DNA of 64,000 nucleotides from Eledone cirrhosa (GCA_964016885.1 OZ024742.1:123318001-123382000), one strand, 5' to 3'. Counted from the first letter of the stretch, positions 28,516 through 43,177 are shown. The notes: a model not told the origin generated them from the sequence alone. Made by a program: numbers and translations.

Positions 28516-29088
28516 CATGTTTGACTGCAAATAGGTGCGGCCGTTTACGTTCTGAGTTCAAATCAGTCTGAGATTAGCTTTGCCTTTCATCCTTACAGGT
28601 TCGATAGAATAAAATACCAGTAACTAAGGTTGAATTAATCTACTTTACTCTCCCCCATAATTGTCTATCTGCGTGTCTGTCTGCATGCATGTATGCGTAT
28701 GTATGTATGCATACATGTATGTGTATTTATGCGTTATTTTGCAAATTGGTGGAGTAAGAATGAATTGCTGATTCAATCCGGCTCTCTGCTATTTAACACC
28801 CACCAAGGCAACTTTACATTTCGAGGTCGATAAAAATGTACCAGCTCTGTACTAGCATCGTCGAATCTTCTTCTTCTCTCTCTCTCTTTCCTACTTTGGA
28901 AGAAATCAGCTATATTCCGAATTTGCAGACGATACGGGATCCACCAGGTTTAATATGCCTAAGATGTGCTGTGTATCCTAATACCCCATACGACTCAATA
29001 GTTACGGCTCCATACGTACATATATGTGTTTATATATATGTGTGTGTGTGTATGTGTGTGTGTGTATGTGTGTGTGTGTGTGTGTGTG

Positions 29089-29141
<53 letters not shown>

Positions 29142-29762
29142 GTATGTGGGTGGATGTGTGCTTATATTTAATATATACATATATATATAGAAAGAAAGAG
29201 ATAGAGAAACAGAGATAGCAATTGTGATTTACAGGTTTTGACTAGTCGTATTACTATACATAAGGCAATAAGGCAGTAGTAGTGGTAGTAGCAGTAAAAT
29301 GTTATCCTTCATAGCGGGAATAAGAGGAAATCAAACAGTATATCGAACTCTGTTGAGCTTGGCAATCACCACTTCTTGTACCTTATCACTTTGTCGATAT
29401 TTCCGGGTTTAATCCATTATATGCAACAAAAAAGACAACCAGGGTTCCGCTCTCTGTCATGGTTAGATATTTATTTAAGAACTATATGTCCGAATAGCAA
29501 GCTTAAAATAGAAAACAATTAAAGTTCAATTCCAATTATTTCCTGAATAATGAGGTGCCATCTGTCAGTGTCATGTACCCATCCATACGGTCTGTCAGAT
29601 TCTCTCTTTGATTGTACATAAAGTTAAAACCTACATATTATTGTATTAACTATTCTTTCAAATACACAGGTAATAATCCTTGTGAACTGCCCCCTCGATT
29701 ATATAATACGCGAGAGTGTAAGTAAGTATAGTGTCATATAGGTATATACATGTATGTATTCG

Positions 29763-29879
<117 letters not shown>

Positions 29880-30197
29880 GTGTCTGTCTGTCTGTCAGTC
29901 TGTCTCTGTGACTGTCTGAGTATGCAAGCATATATGTATATATATATATATATATATGTATGGTCATGTAACACCCAAGGGAGTCGTATTCAGATACGGT
30001 GTTTCTAGGGCATTATTTAGGTGATGATAGAATGGAAGTGAGAACGAGATATAGGGGAAGAATCCACCCCAATATTTGACTGGTACTTTTTTAATCGACC
30101 TTGAATGTGTGAAAAACAAAGTTGACAAGGGAGCGATTTGAATTCTATACGACGTTCTAACGACTCTGACAATTCACCGCTTATATGTATATACAGG

Positions 30198-30495
<298 letters not shown>

Positions 30496-31297
30496 CTAAA
30501 TGTGGTGTTAACAAAACTCCATACGAACTACCAAGGGACGAGCAATGGCGTTAGAACGACGGCTAGAATGCTTTACGTTATTCGTTTCGGCTCTCTCATG
30601 CCCGGGTTCATATCCCATCGAGGTCAACTTTGCTTTTCATCCTTTCAAGATCGAGGAATATGTACGAGTCTAGTACTGGGGTCAATTCTTTCTCTATATC
30701 TTTTTCTCACATCCATCCCCTCACTCTCTTCCTTCTCTGGAAGAAATCTGCTGTATTCATACTTGGTGAAGAGATGGAAACCGCCAGATTGCAAAATGGT
30801 CATTAAAACACCGTACGTCAATGAGACACCCATGCAATTTCATCATGAATTACGGGAACATGCATGCATATAAGTTATCAGCTGAATTGACCGCTGTACC
30901 TAGTTAGTATAGGTCAGGGAACGTGTATATATAAAAATGGAGAAATACTGGTAGGATAGGTTTTGATAGGGTCATTGATCTCACCTTTCCTATTGAAATC
31001 AGAATGTAAAGATTGTTGTAACATATTATCCCCAGTTCTACCAAAAACCCAAAGAATATAAAGAAACAAAGTCTCTTCCAGCCAACACTCTTCAAATCAA
31101 TTATGCTAATACATATTTTCACGAGAGAACAAAGCCTCGTGTTCATACAGAAATCCCACTGTGTCTTCTAATATAGCCTCTGGTTGACCAATCCCTCGTG
31201 AATGTTATTTGATAGATTTAAACTGCAGAAGTGCGCCGTAACCGCACACGTACACGCACGCACAAACACGCACACACAGACACATACGCGCACGCAC

Positions 31298-31335
<38 letters not shown>

Positions 31336-31574
31336 GCACACACACAAACACAGATATATAATTATATACAGACATACATGTATGCATGAATATATATATA
31401 TAGAGAGAGAGAGAGGCTGAGAGTATCTATACATGTATATATGTATCAGAATAGATGCAGTAAAAACGAGTTGGACCATTATTAACCAGAATACTCGATC
31501 TAATAGAGGAAATGGCAGGAGATCAGCCGTCGTGGTCCTGAATCTTTCATATATATATATTTAATATAGAAATG

Positions 31575-31670
31575 GCTTCTACAAGATTAGAACTGTTTCA
31601 TTCGAGAGAAGTCATCAGGAAGCTTCCTGGTGATTTTTCCTGTATGAAACAGTTCTAGTACTGTAGAAGC
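31575..31670. ncRNA. Back-to-back hammerheads, family F, in palindrome 31560-31685
   Basis: Plus arm GCTTC-CTGGTGA-...-GAAA-CAGT tctagt ACTG-TA|GAAGC; minus arm GCTTC-CTGATGA-...-GAAA-CAG...TG-TA|GAAGC; axis at GGAAGCTTCC (~31622). Confidence 0.75.
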
Positions 31671-31760
31671 CATTTCTATATTAAATATTTACACTCTGCT
31701 ATGTATTGAGTAACTTACTTACTGTGGTTACCTCAGATTGAACCCCGTGATAAACATACC

Positions 31761-31887
<127 letters not shown>

Positions 31888-31889
31888 TT

Positions 31890-31966
<77 letters not shown>

Positions 31967-32247
31967 AATGATGATGATGATGGTGATTTCAATGGCATAA
32001 ATCAGAGTTGTTCCTGCAAATGTAATTTACTTATGCACGACTAACACTAATTCATTTGCAATGAAGACAAAACAAATCGTCCTTTTTATCGTTATTATAT
32101 ATATATATATACTTATATATATATACTTATATATATATAAAGGTTTACATATATATATATATATATACATACATACATATACGTGTTTTGCAACGGGTCA
32201 CTTTGTGGCTCAATGAAAAGTTAATAAATTAAATAATCGGAGCTATA

Positions 32248-32762
32248 TATCATAAAACATGTGTATAGAATCACCAGATAAAATATATACCATTTCCTCT
32301 CCCAATTAGCATAATTAACCATATAAAAAATGGAATAGACCAGGCTATAAGAATAAGGCTTCTATGAAGAAATCTCCAACAAATAACAGAAACCAGCCAT
32401 TCGCGCCGGCTGCGACGGAATATTTATCGAATATTTCGACAGCGTAATCGCCCAGATATACAGTCAATTAAACAGAATTATGTGTAAAATAAACTAGGAG
32501 AAAAGAGAATACATTTATTTACCTCGACCATGGTTTCGTCCAGATTTTAATATATCCGATAACTTCGGAACGTTGAGCACCGGACTCTTCAGGAGTTACC
32601 TCGAATCTAGACAATAAATTGCGGTTATTTGTTGGAGATTTCTTCATAGAAGCCTTATTCATATAGCCTGGTTTATTCGATTTTTTATATGGTTAATTAT
32701 GCTAATTGGGAAAGGAAATGATATATATTTTATCTGGTGATTCTATAGACATGTTTTATGAT
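32248..32762. mobile_element. Fold-back element with ~140-bp inverted arms and an internal HHR
   Basis: 32248-32388 vs 32624-32762; partial copy at 21500-21645. Confidence 0.8.
32523..32595 (-). ncRNA. Type I hammerhead ribozyme, family G
   Basis: CTC-CTGAAGA-GTCCGG...(internal TCCGA/TCGGA hairpin)...CTGGAC-GAAA-CCATGG-TC|GAG; canonical GUC site. Confidence 0.88.
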
Positions 32763-32763
32763 A

Positions 32764-32813
<50 letters not shown>

Positions 32814-33797
32814 CTTATATAAATTCATGCATGCACATATGTTTTTTATATATATATGAATAATGTATATACATACATGGGTGTGTGTGTGGGTGGGGGT
32901 TGCGTGTGTGCATGCGCGCGTGACCATGCATTGTTTTAATACCAATATTGTAACATAACAGTTACTCAACTAGAGACTGATGAAATAAGTCCCTGATTAA
33001 AATATGTTCTGTGATCGATGCTGTCGACTCTTTCTGTTATATCACATTCTACTGCTTTAGACAGCAGGGAGGATTAGCTAATATAGTCCTATATATATGT
33101 GACTGAAATATCTTTGTTCATATATCTTGTCAAACAAAATGTGTTTGTAGGTTAAAGTGGAGGTTCAATTAGAAAAAGTGATATATAAACAACACTAACA
33201 ACCAAACAACCATAACTAAACATAATTACAACAACGATCGGCCACCATTAGCCATAACAACAAGGCTACTTCGCCACCACTAGCCACAACACTAATAGAA
33301 CCATTACAATGACAGAACAGCCGGAACAATATGATTGAGGAAGTGGCTTTATGTCTTGAAAGAGAGAGAGTGAGTGACGGAGAGAACGAGAAATAAAGAA
33401 AGATAAAATGAAAGAAAGATATGTAGAAAGAAAGGTGGGGACGAGAGAGACTTCGTCTGAACGATTCAATAAAATCATTTATTGCATATCGATATCTGTG
33501 CATAGCCGATATTGTAAGGATTGCGTTCTTGATTATATTAGTGGATGAAAAGTGAAAATTGAATCAGTTTCCCAATAATTGATAAAATTCATTAGAAACA
33601 CATGAAGTTTTATTATATTGGATTCTATTGACTGAATGCTGAATAAATATGTGTGAGACGATGACTGTTCAACTAACAGAAACTGACAGTGGCCACTTCA
33701 GAGGAGAAATTCGAGAATTGGTTTTGTTGACCAAGATATAGGCAAAGTAAACTACTCTACCTTTTACATATATACGTACAGTACAGACAGATATAGA

Positions 33798-33842
<45 letters not shown>

Positions 33843-33844
33843 GC

Positions 33845-33936
<92 letters not shown>

Positions 33937-34048
33937 CGTGAAACTAATAAGAATTTGTGTACCTGTGTTTGTTGTTTCCTTGAACTATCTGTCTGTCGCT
34001 TAACGATCGAATACAACGATTTCACTTCACTGCTATTATTGAAAAGCA

Positions 34049-34243
<195 letters not shown>

Positions 34244-34906
34244 TGTGTGTGTGTGTGTGTGTGTGTATGTGTGTGGGGGGGAGTAACTTTTTATTCAGCT
34301 TTTAAATACTGTATAGCTGTCTGTATGTTTTCAATGAATTTATTCGTACCACATATTTATTGAAGCCAACACACGTATAAAACCATTTGTATCCCACCGA
34401 TATTATGTAAATACACCATCTCTCTCTCTCTCTGTATATATATATGAAAAATATATATATATATATTCATATATGTGAAAAAGTGGGAAGAAGAATACTG
34501 CAGGTTGCACATGGATAACATGTTATAAAATGAGTCCCTCATCAGTGATTTGCCAACGATCATAGATATTTCATTGCATTAAAAATTATAAACCTCACGT
34601 TGGTGCAATAATAACTAAATTAATTTATTAGGACAATTAAAACGCGTAAAGCGAGTGAGACAGTAAACAACAAAGAGAAAAGCTAACCGTAGATAGGAAG
34701 AGGCACAAGCTACATAGTTATTCAATCAGCATAAGCTGGGTGAATATATGAGCGCGTAGAAAATAGACCTTTCGAGATGAATCCAGTGTAAGAAAGAAGG
34801 AAATTGTTTTCGTCGCGAACGGGGTGAAGTGAGAAGGGGAGAAACAGTGAGTGAGTGAGTGGAAGTGTGAGGAAGAGGTCAATAGAGAGAAAGTGTTAAC
34901 TGACGA

Positions 34907-34937
<31 letters not shown>

Positions 34938-35154
34938 TATATATATATATATGAATATCTATATAAATTCATATATATATATATATATATATTGTTATAC
35001 TTTGAGAGGGTCATGTTGCCAATAAGAAACACACGCACCAGTCGCTTTCACTTCAATTTATTATATATTTATAAATTTATAAATTTACAAATTTACAAAC
35101 TTATAAATTTCTGGTTGGTTGGTTGGTTCCACAGCCAGATAGTTGTTTATATAT

Positions 35155-35199
35155 AGTCATAGTCCTTTCGTCACACACTCTTGGACCTCTTCAGTGACT
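35155..35199 (-). ncRNA. Type I hammerhead, family H (mirror arm)
   Basis: Reverse-complement copy of 36562-36606. Confidence 0.8.
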
Positions 35200-35495
35200 G
35201 GGGATTCCTTTCTTCGTTTCTGTGCCTTTCCTTTCTTCTATCCTACGCCATTTTGTTTCTGTGTGTGTGTTGTGTGCTCAGTTTGCGCATGCGCCACATC
35301 CGGGTGTCTGTGTGTGTTTGTGTTCATTTTTCTATTTGTTTATTTATTTATTTATTTATTGTTGGTTGGTTGGTTGTTCTATGTGTGTGTGTGTTTTCAT
35401 TTTGTCCTGTGTGTGTTTTCATTTTGTGTGTGTTTTCATTTCGTCCTTAATTGTAAGTTGTTTGTTCTATGTGTGTGTGTGTTTTCATTTTGTCC

Positions 35496-35921
35496 TTAAT
35501 TGTAAGTTGTGATGTTGCTGTTCCACTCATATTTTCTATTTAATTTTGGTTTTAATTCTTTTATGCTTACTGCCTCTGTAATTTGCCTAAACATTGCGTC
35601 TTTTCTGTGTGTGGATTCTATTTTTATTTCTATGCTCTCTAATCTACCCCTGTGTTCTATCTTAGCATGTTGGTAGAGCACAGATGATTCTTTATTATCT
35701 TGGAGGTCTCGCCAGTGTTCATTTATTCGTTCCCCTATACTACGAGCTGTCTCACCTATGTACACTATATTTTTGTTTCTACATTGTCCTTCAGTACATC
35801 TTATGCTATACACTATATTTCTAGTTTTACAGTTAATATGGGGGCTTATTTTACAGGTTATACATTTCTTATCTATACATGAGGGTCTTTGGAACATATT
35901 AGCAAGACATACCCGTTCCAA
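35496..35921 (-). CDS. Inverted duplicate of the same PLE GIY-YIG endonuclease domain
   Basis: Same protein on the opposite arm with two amino-acid differences in the shared part (I/V, G/E); an ATG (MFQRPSC) is created at the loop junction. Confidence 0.8.
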   Translation of the reverse strand: MERVCLANMFQRPSCIDKKCITCKISPHINCKTRNIVYSIRCTEGQCRNKNIVYIGETARSIGERINEHWRDLQDNKESSVLYQHAKIEHRGRLESIEIKIESTHRKDAMFRQITEAVSIKELKPKLNRKYEWNSNITTYN

Positions 35922-36314
35922 AGACCCTCATGTATAGATAAGAAATGTATAACCTGTAAAATAAGCCCCCATATTAACTGTAAAACTAGAAATGTAGTAT
36001 ATAGCATAAGATGTACTGAAGGACAATGTAGAAACAAAAATATAGTGTACATAGGTGAGACAGCTCGTAGTATAGAGGAACGAATAAATGAACACTGGCG
36101 AGACCTCCAAGATAATAAAGAATCATCTGTGCTCTACCAACATGCTAAGATAGAACACAGGGGTAGATTAGAGAGCATAGAAATAAAAATAGAATCCACA
36201 CACAGAAAAGACGCAATGTTTAGGCAAATTACAGAGGCAGTAAGCATAAAAGAATTAAAACCAAAGTTAAATAGAAAATATGAGTGGAACAGCAACATCA
36301 CAACTTACAATTAA
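35889..36314 (+). CDS. PLE GIY-YIG endonuclease domain, open frame but 5'-truncated (no ATG start)
   Basis: CITC...NCKTRNVVYSIRC...VYIGETARS...RINEH...LYQH...H...RQITEAVSI...LNRKYEW. Confidence 0.85.
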   Translation: MEHISKTYPFQRPSCIDKKCITCKISPHINCKTRNVVYSIRCTEGQCRNKNIVYIGETARSIEERINEHWRDLQDNKESSVLYQHAKIEHRGRLESIEIKIESTHRKDAMFRQITEAVSIKELKPKLNRKYEWNSNITTYN

Positions 36315-36561
36315 GGACAAAATGAAAACACACACAAAATGAAAACACACACAGGACAAAATGAAAACACACACACACATAGAACAAACAATCAACCAAC
36401 AATAAATAAATAAATAAATAAACAAATAGAAAAATGAACACAAACACACACAGACACCCGGATGTGGCGCATGCGCAAACTGAGCACACAACACACACAC
36501 AGAAACAAAATGGCGTAGGATAGAAGAAAGGAAAGGCACAGAAACGAAGAAAGGAATCCCC

Positions 36562-36606
36562 AGTCACTGAAGAGGTCCCAGAGTGTGTGACGAAAGGACT
36601 ATGACT
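36562..36606 (+). ncRNA. Type I hammerhead, family H, in PLE pseudo-LTR
   Basis: AGTCA-CTGAAGA-GGTC...GAC-GAAA-GGAC-TA|TGACT, ~250 nt downstream of the GIY-YIG stop. Confidence 0.8.
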
Positions 36607-36699
36607 ATATATAAACAACTATCTGGTTGTGGAACCAACCAACCAACCAGAAATTTATAAGTTTGTAAATTTGTAAATTTATAAATTTATAAATATATA

Positions 36700-36862
36700 A
36701 TTGTTTCTACTTTTGGCACAAGGCCAGCAATTACCCAGTGCATTACTGGTACTTTATTTTATCGACCCCGTAAGGATGAAAGGCAAAGTCAACCTCGGCG
36801 GGATTTGAACTCAGATCGTTAAGGGACGTAACTATGCTGGAAAGCATGGCGTCCGACCCCCT
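36700..36862 (-). mobile_element. SINE of the same family in the right arm of the PLE palindrome
   Basis: Near reverse complement of 51170-51330; absent from the left arm. Confidence 0.85.
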
Positions 36863-37066
36863 AATGCGACTGGTCCGTGTGTTTCTTATTGGCAACATGA
36901 CCCTCCCAAAGTATAACAATATCGGTTTGAACACACGATTTCAGATAAAGAATCTTGCTAAACAAATTCAGAAACCCTATATATATATATATATATATAT
37001 ATAGATGAATATATATATAAATTCATATATATGAATATATATATATATGAATATATACATAAATTC

Positions 37067-37097
<31 letters not shown>

Positions 37098-37195
37098 CAT
37101 ATATATATATATATAGATGAATATATATATAAATTCATATATATGAATATATATATATATGAATATATACATAAATTCATATATATATATATATT

Positions 37196-37262
<67 letters not shown>

Positions 37263-37267
<5 letters not shown>

Positions 37268-37490
37268 AAAATTTTCAAGACCCCGACGGCAGAGCTCAAG
37301 CCGTTTTGACGGCTAATTCTGGACGCGTTTTCTACGGCTATTTCTGTGTCCACAGAAATAGCCGTCGAAACGGCTTGAGCTCTGCCGTCGGGGTCTTGAA
37401 CATTTTCCTATTTCCCACTCTACTACCTTAAATTTGGAGTACTCTGATGCGTTATGGTCCACCTGGTTCCTTATCACACTTCCTTCGTTA
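37263..37490 (+). mobile_element. Hairpin-plus-tail element family in (TA)n
   Basis: GC-rich hairpin (GACCCCGACGGCAGAGCTCAAGCCG...CGGCTTGAGCTCTGCCGTCGGGGTC) followed by ~85-nt tail ...GAGTACTCTG.TGCGTTATGGTCCACCTGGTTCCTTA.CACACTTCCTTCGT; copies at 22229-22415, 52455-52590, 53425-53600 (-), 61255-61430 (-), partial 21690-21775 and 31460-31552. Confidence 0.85.
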
Positions 37491-37569
37491 TATATATAAT
37501 ATTATATTTACCAAGACGATAAGAAAAAATAGGAAAACTATTTTCCAAAGTCTGGCTGCTCTCTCCATC

Positions 37570-37656
<87 letters not shown>

Positions 37657-37851
37657 TAGTGACAAATCGAAAGGTTCATATCTAACCTTGGTAGAGAACT
37701 CAGTTCAAATGACCTCTCTCTTTTCTAAGCAGACCTTCTAGACATATTCCCTAACGTTACTTTCGACACGCTCTCTAGCCCCTTCCAAAACAATCTTTGC
37801 AGAGATATTAAAAGATATAGGCCTCTCCCCTCCAATAATACCTTGTTTAAA

Positions 37852-37895
37852 ATTCTTCCGATGAAAATCATTCCGATGAAACGCGCGTCCTCGAC
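37852..37895 (+). ncRNA. Decayed hammerhead, family I
   Basis: CCGATGA-AAATCATTCCGAT-GAAA-CGCGCG-TC; stem I does not pair. Confidence 0.45.
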
Positions 37896-39874
37896 TATGG
37901 TTTGCTAATTTGTTGAGGAACTAACTCTCTATATATATGTATATTTGCGTCATTCCTGTTCCTTCGTTGAAAACAAGCTTTATCATTCCATAACCTAATG
38001 ATTTATCTGCCCGACCTCTAATTGTTTTTGTTAAACATCATCTAAATCCTCCACATTGTTTGTTATCGATCTCTGTGTGTTTTTCTTTTTATGTTATCCA
38101 ATGTGACTGAATTTCCGTCATCCTTTTGTGATGTTTTTTCGTGATGTGTCCAGTTCAATTCAATCATGAGAGAATACCTCATTTTATTTATTTTGGATCA
38201 ATTGTGTTGTTTTTCGGGTGATTTCTATGTTATTTCAATCAAAATGTGTTTGTGATCATGTTGAGGTATTCTGAACCTGTTTGTTAGATTATTTATCAGG
38301 TGCGGTGTTTTTATGTTATGAGAAACTGTTTGAATATCGCATTGAATCTTCATTTGTATTTTTAAGGCTTAGAACAATTGAACCTTGATATCTAAGAGTC
38401 AATCTCCAGAAGGCTTGCAAGCGCAGAGTAATTCATTTTATTATTTAATCTTTCCCCTGTTGTATATATATATATACTAATAATAAAATGCACGAAGTGT
38501 TAGATCTTCATTACGTTTATTGAGGTGTGACGCACGTTTCGCGATTGATCATCTGAAGGTTGGATCTGTATCGTTCTGTCATTACCATTACAGAAGTCCG
38601 ACAAGCCTTTATTCTAGAGTCGGGCCAGATCGACAAAGATCGAACTTTGAGCTGATTAATCGCGAAACACTGGTCACAGCTCAATAAACGTAATGAAAAT
38701 CACATTTAATTATGTTTACTATTAGTATTGCCCTCTGCTTAGTACAAAACTAATACAGCCACTGGGAACTACGCATCGAGTGATCACTTGGGTGAATCTA
38801 CATTAACTGGATGTTACATTCCCTAAATATATATATATTTATTTATGGCGGTTGTGCGTAGTCGCTGGTAGTGTTACGTAAGTGAGGATTGAGGGGTAAG
38901 CTAGACATGGGTGGGAAGGGTGAGCTTATAGGTAGCTGCAGGGAGGAAAGAAGATAGAAGGTGGAAAAGGGAAAGAAAAAGAAATAAAATATATACATTT
39001 CCAAACATGTACGTGTATATATCATATGCATGTATCTATGTTTATGTATATGTGTGCTTGTGCGACTATCTGTGCTTTTGAGTGTGTGTATGTGTGTGTC
39101 TGTGTATTTGGGTGTGCCTTGGAGTACGTGTGTCTGTACGTGTGTATGTATAGGTATGTATTTAGGATTGATGCTGGAGAAGCCAATTTACTGATAAAAA
39201 TGTTCGATAAACATAATTAATTTAACACAAAATATCCAAATATTTATTGATTAAATAAAGCTTGTCAGTATATTATTGCATATTCAATACTATTATATAA
39301 TTATTACTTCATACACATAAACTAAAGTTTTGTTTTTGTCGAAATTCTCTCCTGAATTGCTAATCAACTTATCATTGATTTTTCCAATTGGTACACGGAC
39401 AGAAAGTTGTACAGAAAAAGTATTATCTATAGAATAGACTCTATTATATACCTCGTAGGTTTTTGCTTATTGACACAGGAGAGTTAAAATATAGAGAACA
39501 ATCAACTCAAAAGGGATTTCAACGAAAAGCAATGTATAAATACATTTATATTTTTTCGATTTTTTAGATTGACTCAAGAACATAAATTTGAAGGGTTAAT
39601 TATAAGGTATTTTATTGATCCAGAATAATTTACTAGTACTAGTAGTAACGTTTAAGCTGACTGGTGGATGGTAAGACGTCATAAATCTTAAACATTGGCA
39701 TAGTTGTCACCGGACTGCCATAAATCAAACCCATTCCTCTACTGCATTCTAATTTAATTGAATTTAAATGTAATTAACACTAATATAGTAATAATAATAA
39801 ATTTGAAGACTAAAATCCAAAGAGGGCTCGATAAGGATAAATATATATCAAATATATAAGAACCGTAGAGCAGA

Positions 39875-39922
<48 letters not shown>

Positions 39923-40020
39923 AATTTGTATACGGTTCTTATATATTTGATATATATTTATCCTTATCGAGCCCTCTTTGGATTTTAGTCTTCAAATTTA
40001 TTATTATTACTATACTAGTG

Positions 40021-40150
<130 letters not shown>

Positions 40151-40366
40151 AGTGAAGGCGTGTGGCTGAGTGGTTTGAGAATTGGATTCACAATCTTGAG
40201 GTTCTAAGTTCGATTCCTGGACCGGGTGATGCGTTATGCCCTTGAGCAAGACACTTTATTTCACGTTGCTCTTTCTATCAGGAGTTGCGACCGATAGAGA
40301 GTACTAGCAACTGGAAAGACCGACAAAACCATTCTTTCCTCGGTCCGATTTGCCGAAAGTCGATCG

Positions 40367-40405
<39 letters not shown>

Positions 40406-40690
40406 GAGGTATGCTTAGAAAGTGGGGAGGATAGTTTGAAAATTGAAATATAAAATTTCACCGTAACCTTTTGACTAAATAGAATAGTCTGATAATAATG
40501 GGGGATGTAAACCTACAGGAAAAAAAGTGATGGGCACCAGCCCCCATGTGTGCTGATGCCCATCTTTTTGTTTTCGTTCAGTGGGTTTATACGCCTCATT
40601 ATTATTATAATATTTAGTCAAACTTTACGGCTAAGGTTTCTATTTCTATTTTCATATATATATATGAAAATAGAAATATAAAACTTAGCC

Positions 40691-40782
40691 GTAAATCTGA
40701 GGAGCTTTCGATTTCAGAGACAGAATCGATCCTTAATTGATCGTTCCTCGAGCTGATCGGCAGTGAAACATATGTAATATGT
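40691..40782 (+). ncRNA. Type I hammerhead, family J, expanded stem II
   Basis: GTAAAT-CTGAGGA-GCT...AGT-GAAA-CATATG-TA|ATATGT; stem I imperfect. Confidence 0.6.
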
Positions 40783-40909
40783 AATTAAACATATGCAACA
40801 CTGATTCTTTGTTCCTTTATATATTATTAATGATACTCTGCTCCCTACGAACATCGAGTGCTCATTTTGGCATATAGCCTACGGACTCAATTAATTTGCA
40901 CCTCTAATA

Positions 40910-40972
<63 letters not shown>

Positions 40973-41747
40973 GGGGGGGGGGGGGGCAGGAAGATTTTGA
41001 CATCGAATATGGTGAGAAAAGGTGCGTCTTACACATCAAAAATACGGTATCTGATGTGATACGTGTCTAGTTGTATGTATGGGATAGGTGTCTAGTTGTA
41101 TGCTTCTTTTAGGAATCGCTCTTATTGTTTCATTCAGCCTTCTCGCTATATGTTTCCTGTAGAAGTGTATTTTCCGAGGTTCGACAGCATAGGTACACGG
41201 GATTTCAGTAAAAGAGTCGAGGTACTGCTGGTGTCGATGCAGCTTACTACTTCAGTTATTTCTCGTTGTTACGAGAAACAGTATATGTTCTTATACATCA
41301 CGTAGACTGTAACAATTCACATACTTCGTTGGTTCTTGTAACAATCACTCTAGCAACAACACACTGTACAGTTATTTAGGTGTACACGCTATAATACAGT
41401 GAACAATGAACAAGGAATAATGTGCATTGAAGTACAACACTACTGTACTTATTATAGTGTACTTGTTTATTGTGATGGCTATATTAACGCAAATCGTTCT
41501 TTCATCGTTGACTCGTGTTAGCCACTAAGCTTAAATCCGCGGCAAATATTTAAACACAGATAACAGGCCACACATCTAACGCTTCTTAGGTACGGCGTTA
41601 CTGGTTACGTTACAATTTAGTGTAGTCAGATCTGTGTAAACGAGGGGCATTTCCTATTTCAACTCAATCAGATATATCACATAGCTGTTGTTTAGTGTTA
41701 CGTGAATTTTGATCGTGCAGATCTTTGATTAAAGATATTCCAGTCGT

Positions 41748-41785
<38 letters not shown>

Positions 41786-41797
41786 ATATATATATAT

Positions 41798-41972
<175 letters not shown>

Positions 41973-43030
41973 CATAAATCTTTCCCTGATTTTAAATGGT
42001 GTGGCGCTGTTTAACATCAATTTACATTATTTTGTTTTGCTCTACACATCGAGTAACCACCTAGAAACTCCGTCTTCGTCGCTCTGGAGCAATAATGGTA
42101 GTAAACACAGAATCAATGTTAGTGGGTTTTCTTATTGAAGAAAAAAAGCAATGGCCATGACCTATTCTTGGGTCATCGCGACTGGAAGAAGTGTGTCAAG
42201 AAATTATCCTCAAACCAGAAACCTGATCCAAATACATGCAACAGAGTAGACTCTTTAGGCAAAATGAGATCAGGGGATGTATCAAGCCAGGGATGAATTA
42301 AGTATACCACATACGTTAGCCACAGTGGGGTAGGAAATAAGAACAACATATGCATGAAAATATAGCGGAAATTATTTCATCCAAAGTTTTACCAAATGCA
42401 ACAATCCACGTTCAGGACTGGTACTGAAAGGATAAAATGCAAACTAACCTCGGTGTGGTTTGATCTAAGAATGCAGAAAGCCGGAACAAATATCAGTTGT
42501 TTAGTTTCTCATTATAACTCATTTATATTTCGAAAACTATTTCTCGATTTACTTCGTCGATTGCCATTGCATTTTTAGTATTAAATCAAGATCAAGTTCC
42601 TCATATAACGAATCATTTACAAAAGCAAATATCAGAGATTATTCATAAGTATGATAACAATAAACAATAATAAATATAAAATAGCTGCCTTATCGATGAT
42701 AATTGTACTTGTACGGATTTAGATATAAAATAGTCTTTGTCCTCGAACGATATACAAAAGTCGTTAATCACTAGTGAATCATTCGTATTTAATATCATTA
42801 AAAGGAAAATAACATATAATAGTAATCTAATTATATTTTGTAACAAAAATTCAATAAATGTAAATTTTTAAACAGAAGGATATTTAACTCATAAGATAAA
42901 ATGTATATGTGTGTGTGTGTTTGTGTATATGTATCATTATATAAATATATATATATACATATATATATACATATATATATATATACAAATACATAGATAG
43001 GTTGATATATATACATAGAGAAATACGTAC

Positions 43031-43099
<69 letters not shown>

Positions 43100-43128
43100 T
43101 ACATACATACTTACATATATATATATAT

Positions 43129-43177
<49 letters not shown>

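Larger units (their letters stand above)
34990..36920. mobile_element. Fold-back (palindromic) 5'-truncated PLE
   Basis: Arms ~35060-35895 and 35915-36700 are near-identical reverse complements around a 19-nt loop; outer IR 34990-35047 vs 36866-36920; each arm has a GIY-YIG frame and an HHR; (TA)-rich arrays on both flanks. Confidence 0.93.

Noticed and set aside
40971-40986. G16 run / G-quadruplex
   Set aside because: Isolated homopolymer after a TA run with no functional context.
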